A stretch of 63,061 bases of DNA from an uncultured Clostridia bacterium (GCA_944390695.1 CALXQP010000009.1:1-63061); one strand, 5' to 3'. Positions 28,707-37,474 are shown, counted from the stretch's first letter. Notes: generated by a model from the sequence alone, not told the origin. Translations and numbers: made by a program.

Positions 28707-30095
28707 ATGCAAGTAAAAAAAATATTAGAAATAACAAAAGGCATATTAGTAACAGGTGATGAAAATTTAGAATGTGAAAATTTTTCAAAAGATACAAGAA
28801 CTATACAAAAAGGGGATATTTACATAGGGATTAAAGGAGAAAAGTTTGATGGAAGTCTATTTTGGAAACAAGCATTAGATAATGGAGCAAGTGCAGTCAT
28901 AATTGAAAATATAAAAATAACAAATGAGGAAAAGGAAAAATATTCAAATAAAACAATTATAGAAGTAAAAGATACTTTAGGGGCTTTATATGAAATTGCA
29001 AAATATAAAAGGAGCTTATATGATATTCCTGTTATTGCAATTACAGGAAGTGTAGGCAAAACAAGTACAAAAGATATAATTGCAAGTGTTGTTAGTACAA
29101 AATATAAGACTTTAAAAACAGAAGGCAATAATAATAATAATATTGGCTTGCCATTAACAATTTTAAAATTAAAAGATCATGAAGCACTTGTAATAGAAAT
29201 GGGAATGAACCATTTTGGAGAAATAAGTTTATTAACAAATATAGCAAGACCAACATTAGCTGTAATAACCAATATAGGAACATCACATATTGGAAATTTA
29301 GGTTCAAGAGAAAATATCTTAAAGGCAAAATTAGAAATATTAGAAGGAATGAAGGTTCCAAAAATAATTATAAATAATGATAATGATTTATTACATAATT
29401 GGTATGAAGAAAACAAGAAAAATATAGAGATACATACATGTGGTATAAAAAATGAAAGTGAATTAATGGCAAAACAAATACAGTTGAATGAAGAAAATAG
29501 TGAATTTATAGCTGTATCTGCTTCAGATAAAATTATGCTTAGAGTACCTGTTGGTGGAGAACATTTTGTGTATAATTCATTATGTGCAACAGAAGTTGGA
29601 AAATTATTAGGGCTTTCAAATGAACAAATAGTAGATGGAATTTCTAAATTTGAATTATCTAAAAAAAGGATGGATATTATAAAATTGGATAATGGAGCTA
29701 TTATGATAAATGATAGTTATAATGCAAGTTATGAGTCTATGAAAGCAAGTTTAGAATTTTTAAAAACTCATACAGGGAAAAGGAAAATTGCTGTATTAGG
29801 AGATATGCTAGAACTAGGAGAATATTCGAAAGAGCTACATGCGAAAGTGGGAGAAGAAGTTTCTAAAAGAGATATTGATATATTAATTTGCACAGGTGAG
29901 AATTCAAAATATATTATAAAAGAAGCGGAAAAAAATGAAAAAATAAAAATATTTTTTATGAACAGTAATGAACAAATTGTGGAAAAACTATCTCAAGAAT
30001 TAAAAGATGGAGATATTGTTTTAGTAAAAGCATCAAATGGAATGAAATTTTACGAAATTTGTAAAAAAACTATAGATTTTTTTGCTAAAAGTTGA
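28707..30095 (+). CDS. murF: UDP-N-acetylmuramoyl-tripeptide--D-alanyl-D-alanine ligase
   Basis: 462 aa with the Mur ligase P-loop ITGSVGKTSTKD and the C-terminal DSYNAS motif. Confidence 0.9.
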   Translation: MQVKKILEITKGILVTGDENLECENFSKDTRTIQKGDIYIGIKGEKFDGSLFWKQALDNGASAVIIENIKITNEEKEKYSNKTIIEVKDTLGALYEIAKYKRSLYDIPVIAITGSVGKTSTKDIIASVVSTKYKTLKTEGNNNNNIGLPLTILKLKDHEALVIEMGMNHFGEISLLTNIARPTLAVITNIGTSHIGNLGSRENILKAKLEILEGMKVPKIIINNDNDLLHNWYEENKKNIEIHTCGIKNESELMAKQIQLNEENSEFIAVSASDKIMLRVPVGGEHFVYNSLCATEVGKLLGLSNEQIVDGISKFELSKKRMDIIKLDNGAIMINDSYNASYESMKASLEFLKTHTGKRKIAVLGDMLELGEYSKELHAKVGEEVSKRDIDILICTGENSKYIIKEAEKNEKIKIFFMNSNEQIVEKLSQELKDGDIVLVKASNGMKFYEICKKTIDFFAKS

Positions 30096-30132
30096 TATAA
30101 TGCTAGTACCAATATAAATTGGAGGATGTCAG

Positions 30133-31021
30133 ATGAGAATTAAAGATTATTATAAGATACTAGAATTAGAAGATACTAGAGTAACTACAGAACAAATAAA
30201 ATCAGCATATAGGAAACAAGCAAAAAAATATCACCCAGATGTAAATGTAGGAAATAAATTAGCAGAAGAAAGAATAAAAGATGTTAATGAAGCATATAGA
30301 ATATTGTCAAATCCAGCATCAAAGAGAAGATATGATAGAACTTGGAATTATAATATAGGAAATAAACAAAAAAAAGCAAAACAAAAAACAACAGGAGAAA
30401 TTGCAGGAGAAATATTTGGAATGTTTTTTGGGAATAGTGAATTAAAAGAAGAAATTGCACAAAGTAAAATTCCTCCTGTAAAACGGTGAAGATATAGAAA
30501 CAGAAATTAATATAACAATAGAAGATGGATTTTATGGTGCTGAGAAAAAGCTAGTATTAAATAATTTGGAAGGAAAAGCAAAAACTTTAGATATAAAAAT
30601 ACCAGAAGGAATAAAAAATGGAGAAAAAATTCGTATAATAGGTCAAGGAAAAATGGGCAAACATGGAGGAAAAAATGGTGATTTATATATAAAGATAAAT
30701 ATTCAAGATGGCAAAAAATACAGATTAAATGGAAATGATTTATATACTACAATATTAATCACACCTTGGGAAGCTGCTTTAGGTGCTAAAGCAAAAGTAA
30801 ATTCTATAGATGATACTAAAACACAAATATATATACCAAGTGGAATACAATCAGGAGAAATAATTGAAATACCACAAAAAGGATACAAATCTAAAAATGG
30901 TGAAAGAGGTAATTTAATTGCTCAAATAAAAATTGTAGTTCCAGAAAAATTAACAAAAGAAGAAACAGAAATTTTTAAAAGATTAAAAGAAATATCAAAA
31001 TTTAATCCAAGAAGAGTTTAA
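30133..31021 (+). pseudogene. CbpA/DnaJ-class J-domain co-chaperone interrupted by a single-base frameshift at ~30484
   Basis: Frame 1 (30133-30489) carries a J domain (DYYKILE..KKYHPD) and a G/F region ending ..PPVKR*. From 30485, the frame shifted by +1 continues GEDIETEINITIEDGFYGAEKK.. and the DnaJ C-terminal domains to 31021. Confidence 0.8.
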
Positions 31022-31044
31022 ATGTTTAAAAAATCATATTAGTG

Positions 31045-31073
31045 TTGACAAAACTTGTAAAATAAGGTATAAT
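31045..31073 (+). promoter_or_regulatory. Consensus sigma-A promoter of the T4CP operon
   Basis: TTGACA (31045-31050), a 17-nt spacer, then TATAAT (31068-31073). Confidence 0.7.
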
Positions 31074-31141
31074 AAATAATGTGAGTTCGTAAACATAAGA
31101 TAAACTATGGATTAAATCATAGGAATGAGGTGCAAAATAAA

Positions 31142-31669
31142 ATGGATATGTTACAAGGAAAACATTTTAGTATAACAGATCCAAAAGGAGTTAACACAGT
31201 AATTTATCAAATAAATAAAACAAAAAAGGAATTTCAAAAAGAATATCCTAAATATACTGTTGAAAGATTAGATTTTACTGAAGAGATAAGAGGAGAATCT
31301 AGAAGAAAGACCTTTTATGTTGATGAGCCACAACCAAATGGAAATCAATTAGTAATACTATCATTTGGTAAAGAGAGTGTAGTAATCAATTCAGGAATAC
31401 TAATTGATGATGAAGTAAGGATATCAAAAACGCCGACACCTTTTAAGTTTAATACATTATATTCAGAAGAAGAACAGGAATTTAAAGAATTTAACTATAC
31501 ACCTAATATGAAAAGAGATATATGTGTTATAGATCCTGAAACTACAGAAGAATTAAGACCTAGACTTTATTTTGATGAAAAAGAAAATAAAGTAAAGGGT
31601 AGATGTAAATTAAAACCATATAAATCTTATTTCGCTTTTGAAGTGAGAGAAGATAAGGGAAATAGTTAA
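31142..31669 (+). CDS. Hypothetical protein, first gene of the T4CP operon
   Basis: ORF of ~175 aa (track start is GTG 31130; ATG 31142 follows AGGAATGAGG). Soluble, charged, with no recognisable motif. Confidence 0.6.
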   Translation: MDMLQGKHFSITDPKGVNTVIYQINKTKKEFQKEYPKYTVERLDFTEEIRGESRRKTFYVDEPQPNGNQLVILSFGKESVVINSGILIDDEVRISKTPTPFKFNTLYSEEEQEFKEFNYTPNMKRDICVIDPETTEELRPRLYFDEKENKVKGRCKLKPYKSYFAFEVREDKGNS

Positions 31670-31684
31670 GGAGGCAAATTTACT

Positions 31685-31936
31685 ATGGGGAGTCACACAG
31701 TAAATGAAGAGGAGAAGAAATATACTCCATCAGGAGAAGAAAATCGAGTAATAATAGCAGGAATGCAAATAATTCAAAAGCAAATTAATAAAGAATGGGA
31801 GTTAGAATCAAAAGGAAAATTACTAAGAGAAGTAAATCCAAAAGACTATATCAAAATAAAAGCTTATGATAATAAAGATATAACAAAACCTAAAGAGCCA
31901 ATCAAAGCAAATAAAAGTGAAACAAGAGGAGAATAA
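31685..31936 (+). CDS. Hypothetical small charged protein, second gene of the T4CP operon
   Basis: 83 aa. A GGAGG RBS lies 8 nt upstream and the gene starts 15 nt after the previous stop. No recognisable motif. Confidence 0.6.
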   Translation: MGSHTVNEEEKKYTPSGEENRVIIAGMQIIQKQINKEWELESKGKLLREVNPKDYIKIKAYDNKDITKPKEPIKANKSETRGE

Positions 31937-31959
31937 ACTAAAGAGAAGGTGATTTATAT

Positions 31960-34020
31960 ATGAATTACAAGGTTGAAGGTGCAATAAGAAGAAATAAGAA
32001 ATATTTTATAATTTTTGGGATACTATGGTTATTTGTAGCCATAGTCTTAATTGTTCCTATAACAACAGGTATTAATGTAACTTCAGTAGAAAAAGATATG
32101 GGAGCTGGAATCGCTGAATTTGTAAATACAATGAAAAATCCGTTTGCAGGTATAGGAGAAATAATTTCTAATAATTTGGGAGGATTATATTTTAAAAATT
32201 TGGGGATCTTCTCAATAATTTTTGCAATATTTTTCATAGTAGGAGTTGCAAGATCAGCACCTAAAAATGAATATACAGATTTTGAACATGGTTCAAGTGA
32301 TTGGAGTAAAAATGGAGAACAATATACTATCTTAAGTAATAAAAAAGGAATTATATTAGCAGAAGATAATTATTTGCCAGTAGATAAAAGAGGAAATGTC
32401 AATGTATTGGTAGTCGGAGGTTCTGGTTCTGGTAAATCAGCATCATATTCAATACCAAATGCATTTCAATTATTAGGTTCATATGTATTTACAGATCCAA
32501 AAGGTGAATTATATGATAGAACAGCTGGTTATTTAAAACAAAATGGATATGAAATAAAAGTATTAAATCTTGTAAAACCACAAAATAGTGATGGATATAA
32601 TCCTTTAATGCATATTTCATCAGAAATAGATGTAGATGTAATTGCAAATACAATAGTAAAAGGGCAAAAAACAGGAGATGGAGGTTCAGACCCATTCTGG
32701 GATGATTCTGCAGAAATGTTGTTAAAAGCATTAATATATTATCTAATGGCAACAAGACCAGAAGAAGAACAAAATTTAGCAAGTTGTGCAGAATTAGTAA
32801 GAGCAGCGAATTCTAATGGAGGAAGCAATTTACTTACAGAATTAATTAGTAAATTACCATATGATCATCCAGCAAGAATGAATTATAAATCAATCGAAAT
32901 TGCTCCAGAAAAAACATATAGTTCAATATTAAGTACATTACAATCAAAATTAGGAAAATTCGACTCAAAAGAAATTGCAGAATTAACATCAACAGATACA
33001 ATAAATTTTGAAGAAATCGGAAATAAAAAAACAGCAGTATATGTAATATCATCAGATACACATACAGCATATGACTTTTTACTTACTATATTTTTCTCTC
33101 AAATGATACAACAATTATATAATTATGCAGATGATAATGGAGGAGCCCTAAAAGTCCCTACATATTTTATACTGGATGAGTTTGCTAATATAGGAAGAAT
33201 CCCAGATTTTGATAAAAAGATTTCAACATCAAGAAGTAGAAAAATTTCATTTAGTGTAATTTTACAAAACTTAGACCAATTAGAAGCAATATATGAAAAA
33301 TCTTATGAGACTATAATAGGTAACTGTGATACACATTTATTTTTAGGAAGTAACTCATATAAAACTGTTGAGTATTTTTCAAAAGCTTTAGGTGAGAAAA
33401 CAATAGAAAGAGATAGTATTTCTGTAAATAAAGATAGACAATATTTTAGAACAGGTCAAAGTATATCTGATCAAGTAATGGCAAGAGCTTTAATGACTCC
33501 AGATGAACTTAGAAGATTAGATAATGATTTATGTATAATTTTTGAAAAAGGTATAAAACCTGTAAAAGCAAATAAATTCTATTATTTTAAACATAAAAAT
33601 ATGGCTGGAACTTTAAAAAGAGCTGAAATAAGTCATAATGACATTGGTGAAATAGAAAGAGGAAATTGGAGAAAATTCAATCCATATAATCCATGGACAG
33701 AAGACAAATCAGAAAAAGAAGCTAAAAATTTAAAAGTAGAATCTTTAGATGATTTATTTGAGGATGAACCTAAAAAAGAAGATATAAATAGCAAGTCTTC
33801 TAATAAAGAACCCGCAAATGTTATAGCCACTTCATCTAAAACTTCAAATGCAGGACAATCAATAGATGATTTCTTTGGAGATACATCAAAAAATAATGAT
33901 ATTTCTAAAAAAGAAAATGATATATCAGCTATTTCGCAAGATTCAGAAGATTCATATGATTTGCAAAAAGAGCTTGAAGCTAAATTTGATGAATTATTTG
34001 GACCTTTAGATGATAACTAA
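31960..34020 (+). CDS. Type IV secretion coupling protein-like ATPase (VirD4/TraG/TraD family), membrane-anchored
   Basis: 686 aa. Two N-terminal TM segments, Walker A VVGGSGSGKSAS, FTDPKGELY, PFWDDSAEMLLKAL, Walker B YFILDEFANIG and ILQNLDQLEAIY are present, plus an acidic/Ser-rich C-terminal tail. Confidence 0.85.
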   Translation: MNYKVEGAIRRNKKYFIIFGILWLFVAIVLIVPITTGINVTSVEKDMGAGIAEFVNTMKNPFAGIGEIISNNLGGLYFKNLGIFSIIFAIFFIVGVARSAPKNEYTDFEHGSSDWSKNGEQYTILSNKKGIILAEDNYLPVDKRGNVNVLVVGGSGSGKSASYSIPNAFQLLGSYVFTDPKGELYDRTAGYLKQNGYEIKVLNLVKPQNSDGYNPLMHISSEIDVDVIANTIVKGQKTGDGGSDPFWDDSAEMLLKALIYYLMATRPEEEQNLASCAELVRAANSNGGSNLLTELISKLPYDHPARMNYKSIEIAPEKTYSSILSTLQSKLGKFDSKEIAELTSTDTINFEEIGNKKTAVYVISSDTHTAYDFLLTIFFSQMIQQLYNYADDNGGALKVPTYFILDEFANIGRIPDFDKKISTSRSRKISFSVILQNLDQLEAIYEKSYETIIGNCDTHLFLGSNSYKTVEYFSKALGEKTIERDSISVNKDRQYFRTGQSISDQVMARALMTPDELRRLDNDLCIIFEKGIKPVKANKFYYFKHKNMAGTLKRAEISHNDIGEIERGNWRKFNPYNPWTEDKSEKEAKNLKVESLDDLFEDEPKKEDINSKSSNKEPANVIATSSKTSNAGQSIDDFFGDTSKNNDISKKENDISAISQDSEDSYDLQKELEAKFDELFGPLDDN

Positions 34021-34030
34021 AATATAAAAA

Positions 34031-34061
34031 AATATCACAATTAATTTTGTGGTATTTTTTT
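34031..34061 (+). terminator. Rho-independent terminator after the T4CP-like gene
   Basis: ATATCACAA-TTAATT-TTGTGGTAT followed by TTTTTTT. Confidence 0.7.
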
Positions 34062-34135
34062 GCGTAAAAAATTCAAAAACACGAAAAAACTTTCGCTAAA
34101 TGCTTGAAAAAAATAATAAAATATTATAAAATGGC

Positions 34136-34233
34136 AAAAAGAGAACCGGCACCAAATTGACAAAATGGCGCAAACCAGCTAGACAGGCTGGCCAGGAGGA
34201 AAAAGACAAAAAGAGAACCGGCACCAAATTAAC
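34136..34233 (-). repeat. Family-A composite repeat unit in the leader of the sbcD-like gene
   Basis: AAAAAGAGAACCGGCACCAAATTGAC is at 34136-34161 and AAAAAGAGAACCGGCACCAAATTAAC at 34208-34233. Confidence 0.9.
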
Positions 34234-34253
34234 AGAAAGGAATGTTAATAGAA

Positions 34254-35324
34254 ATGAAATTTGTACATATAGCAGATATGCATTTTGATTCTCCTTTGAC
34301 GAATTTATCAGACAAAGGAAATTTGGGAGAACAAAGAAGAATAGAACAGAGAAGAGTATTCAAAAAAGTAATAGAATATATAAAAGAAAATAAAACAGAA
34401 TTATTGTTTATATCAGGAGATTTATATGAACATAAATATATAAGAAAATCAACAATAGAATATATAAATAATTTATTTAAAGAAATAAAAGATACAAAAA
34501 TATTTATATCTCCAGGAAATCATGATCCATTTTTAAAGAAATCATATTATAATGATTTCAATTGGAGTGAAAATGTACATATATTTGGACCACAAATAGA
34601 AAGAGTTGAATTAGAAGATATAGATATATATGGATTTGGATTTGATGATTTTTATTGTACACAGTCAAATATAGAAAATGTTGAAATTAAAAATCCTGAG
34701 AAAATTAATGTTTTAATAATACATGGAACATTAGATGGAGCAAATTTAGAAGAAAGGCAATATAATTCAATGAATTCGAAAATGCTTAAAGATAAAGGAT
34801 TTGATTATATTGCATTAGGTCATATTCATAAAAATAATTTTGAAAAAAATGCAAATATTATTTATCCAGGTTCAACAATATCATTAGGTTTTGATGAATT
34901 AGGAAATCATGGAATGATAGTTGGGGAAATTAATAAAAATTCTAATAAAATAGAATTTATAAAATTAGATGAAACTGAGTTTGTTGAATTTGAAATAGAT
35001 TGTACAGAAATAAATTCAGTTGAAGATTTAATAGAAAAAATAAATGAAATAAATATGGAAGAAAATAAATTATATAAAATAATATTATTAGGTAAAAGAA
35101 ATTTTGAAATAAATATATATGATTTATATAAATATGAATTAAATGATAGAATAATTAAAATAAAAAATAAAACAAAACCAAATTATGATATTGAAAAAAT
35201 TGCAAAAGAAAATACATTAAGAGGATTATTTACAAAAGAAATTTTAGATGAAATTAAAAAGAAAAATTATGATGAAGAGATAATTGAAAAAGCTTTAGAA
35301 ATAGGAATGGAAGTATTAGAATAA
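34254..35324 (+). CDS. DNA repair exonuclease, SbcD/Mre11-family metallophosphoesterase (YhaO-like)
   Basis: Has the MKFVHIADMHFD start and the GDLYE, GNHD, IHG and GHIH phosphoesterase motifs. The track start of 34242 is also possible. Confidence 0.85.
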   Translation: MKFVHIADMHFDSPLTNLSDKGNLGEQRRIEQRRVFKKVIEYIKENKTELLFISGDLYEHKYIRKSTIEYINNLFKEIKDTKIFISPGNHDPFLKKSYYNDFNWSENVHIFGPQIERVELEDIDIYGFGFDDFYCTQSNIENVEIKNPEKINVLIIHGTLDGANLEERQYNSMNSKMLKDKGFDYIALGHIHKNNFEKNANIIYPGSTISLGFDELGNHGMIVGEINKNSNKIEFIKLDETEFVEFEIDCTEINSVEDLIEKINEINMEENKLYKIILLGKRNFEINIYDLYKYELNDRIIKIKNKTKPNYDIEKIAKENTLRGLFTKEILDEIKKKNYDEEIIEKALEIGMEVLE

Positions 35325-35349
35325 GTTTTAAAAATTTGGAGGGATTTAT

Positions 35350-37302
35350 TTGAAAATAAATAAAATAAAAATAAATTCATATGGAAAATTAAAAAATAAA
35401 GAAATAAATTTAGAAAATAATATGAATATCATTTATGGAAAAAATGAAAGTGGAAAATCAACATTATTAAAATTTATTGTAAATATTTTTTTCGGTGCAT
35501 CAAGAAATAAAAAAGGTAGAGATATTTCAGATTTTGAAAAATATAAACCATGGGATGCAGAAGAATATTCTGGAAAATTAACATATGAATTAGATGATAA
35601 AAATAAGTATGAGATTTTTAGAGAATTTAATAAAAAAAATCCAAAAATATTTAATGAAAAGGGAGAAGAGATTTCAAAAGAATTTAATATTGATAAAAAT
35701 AAAGGTAATGAATTCTTTTTTGAGCAGACTCAGATTAGCGAAGATATGTTTTTAGCAACATCTGTTTCTATGCAACAAGAAGTGAAAATTGCTAAAGATG
35801 CTCAAAATATTTTAATCCAAAAAATCTCTAATCTCTTAGGGACAGGAGAAGATAGTGTTTCATACAAAAAGGCATTAGAAAAATTATATAAAATACAATT
35901 GGAAAAAGTAGGAACTGATAGAAGTAGAGAAAAGCCAATAAATATTATAAGAAAAAATATAGAAATAAATGAGCAAAAAATTAATGAATTAAAAAAATAT
36001 GAAAATATTCAATATGATATTGAAGAACAAAAAAAAGAAATAAAAAATGAATTAGAAAAAAATAAAATAAAAAATGAATTATTAAAAGAAATAAAAATAA
36101 TTAAAGAAAAAAATAATTTAGAAAATGAGAAAATAAAAATAAAAGAAAAAATTGTAGAAGAAAATAAAAATAAAATAAATGAATTAAAAAATAAAATAGA
36201 AAAAATAAATAATAAATATTTGGAAGAAAAAAATAATGAAAAATATTCAGAAAATAATTATGAAAAAAATAAATTAAATAAAAAATTAAATTTATTTTTT
36301 ATTATTTTAATTTTATTAAATATTTTATGGATTATTTTTATTCCAAAAATAAATAATAATTTTATTTTTAAATATATTTTTCTCCTTACGGTACCAACGT
36401 TTTTAATTTTTTCTATATTTTTGAAAAATAAATTAAAAAATAAAATAAAAATATTAGAAGAAAATAAAAATAATTATTTAGAAAAAATAAATATAGAAAA
36501 AAATAATTTAGAAAAAGAGAATAAAATAATAGAAAAAAATTCAGAGGAAATATTAGAAGAAATAAATAAAATAAAAATAGAAAATAATTTAAAAAATAAT
36601 TTAGAAAAAGAAAAAATAATAAATAAATATTTAAATAAAATAAAAATAGAAGAAATAAATTATTTATTTAATTTAGAGAAAATAAATGAAGAAATAAATT
36701 ATTATGAAAATAAAATTTATAATTTAAATTTAGAAATAAATAAATTAGAAATAAAAAAAGAAAATATTGAACCAGAATTAGAAAATTTGTCAAATTTAGA
36801 AGAAGAATTATATGCTGCAAAAGAAGAATATGAGGTTTTGAAAAAAACAAAAGAAAGTATAGAATTAGCAAAAAATTTATTAGCTAAATCTTATGAAAAA
36901 ATGAAAAATAGTGTAAGTCCAATTTTTACAGAAAAATTATCAAAAAATATAGAAAAAATTACAAAAGGAAAATATAGTAATATATTTTTCAGTGATGAAC
37001 AAGGATTAACTGTGGAATTAGAAAACGGAAATTATATACCTGCTGAAAGATTAAGTATAGGAACTATTGATCAATTATATTTGTCTTTAAGATTAGCTAT
37101 GTTAGATGAGGTTTCTAAAGAAAAAATTCCAATCATTTTAGATGAATCTTTTGCTTATTATGATGATGAAAGATTGAAAAATATTTTGAGTTTTTTGGTG
37201 AATGAGTTTTCAGATAGACAGATTATTTTATTAACTTGTACAGAAAGGGAAAAGGAAATTCTTGATAGTGAGAGTGTAAATTATAATTACATAGAACTTT
37301 AA
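35350..37302 (+). CDS. SbcC/Rad50-like AAA ATPase (YhaN-like) with an internal TM hairpin
   Basis: Has an N-terminal Walker A GKNESGKST and a long K/N/E/I-rich coiled coil. The C-terminal part carries signature-like LSIGTIDQLYLSLRLA and Walker B IPIILDESF. TTG start follows GGAGGGA. Confidence 0.8.
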   Translation: MKINKIKINSYGKLKNKEINLENNMNIIYGKNESGKSTLLKFIVNIFFGASRNKKGRDISDFEKYKPWDAEEYSGKLTYELDDKNKYEIFREFNKKNPKIFNEKGEEISKEFNIDKNKGNEFFFEQTQISEDMFLATSVSMQQEVKIAKDAQNILIQKISNLLGTGEDSVSYKKALEKLYKIQLEKVGTDRSREKPINIIRKNIEINEQKINELKKYENIQYDIEEQKKEIKNELEKNKIKNELLKEIKIIKEKNNLENEKIKIKEKIVEENKNKINELKNKIEKINNKYLEEKNNEKYSENNYEKNKLNKKLNLFFIILILLNILWIIFIPKINNNFIFKYIFLLTVPTFLIFSIFLKNKLKNKIKILEENKNNYLEKINIEKNNLEKENKIIEKNSEEILEEINKIKIENNLKNNLEKEKIINKYLNKIKIEEINYLFNLEKINEEINYYENKIYNLNLEINKLEIKKENIEPELENLSNLEEELYAAKEEYEVLKKTKESIELAKNLLAKSYEKMKNSVSPIFTEKLSKNIEKITKGKYSNIFFSDEQGLTVELENGNYIPAERLSIGTIDQLYLSLRLAMLDEVSKEKIPIILDESFAYYDDERLKNILSFLVNEFSDRQIILLTCTEREKEILDSESVNYNYIEL

Positions 37303-37445
37303 GTTTTGATTATAGAAAGCATCTATTTGAATGCTACATGCTATTACATAGGGAAAATTAATTTATTTATATAAGAACAAATTGAAAAAATTAAATATTT
37401 TTTCTTATTTGTTCGAAAATACCTAAAACTTAGATATGGAAGTAC

Positions 37446-37474
37446 TTGAAAATACTGCCATTATGTAGTATAAT
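37446..37474 (+). promoter_or_regulatory. Sigma-A-type promoter for prfA
   Basis: TTGAAA-17 nt-TATAAT. It is embedded in a module homologous to the tRNA-Arg promoter region (19251-19315). Confidence 0.6.

Noticed and set aside
28547-28744. 65-aa - strand ORF overlapping the murF start and the repeat region.
   Set aside because: It lies on repeat or promoter DNA antisense to the murF 5' end, has no RBS, and has a low-complexity composition typical of AT-rich antisense frames.
30361-30392. A-rich tract (AAACAAAAAAAAGCAAAACAAAAAACAACAGG) as the site of the cbpA-like frameshift.
   Set aside because: Hand translation shows the C-terminal-domain frame has stops at 30443 and 30479. The frames therefore must switch between 30482 and 30489, not in the A-rich tract.
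31045-34061. Interpreting the T4CP-like gene as evidence of an integrated conjugative element or plasmid spanning this region.
   Set aside because: No relaxase, VirB4/VirB6/VirB8-like, integrase or replication genes and no att-like direct repeats were seen. The flanking genes are core housekeeping, and the composition is not visibly different. At most it is a remnant, so it is reported as an orphan operon instead.
35900-36800. Highly repetitive AAA/AAT/GAA-rich DNA inside the yhaN-like gene, considered as a possible tandem repeat or non-coding spacer.
   Set aside because: It stays in one open frame for 650 codons linking recognisable Walker A and Walker B/signature heads. This is a low-complexity coiled coil, not a separate repeat element.
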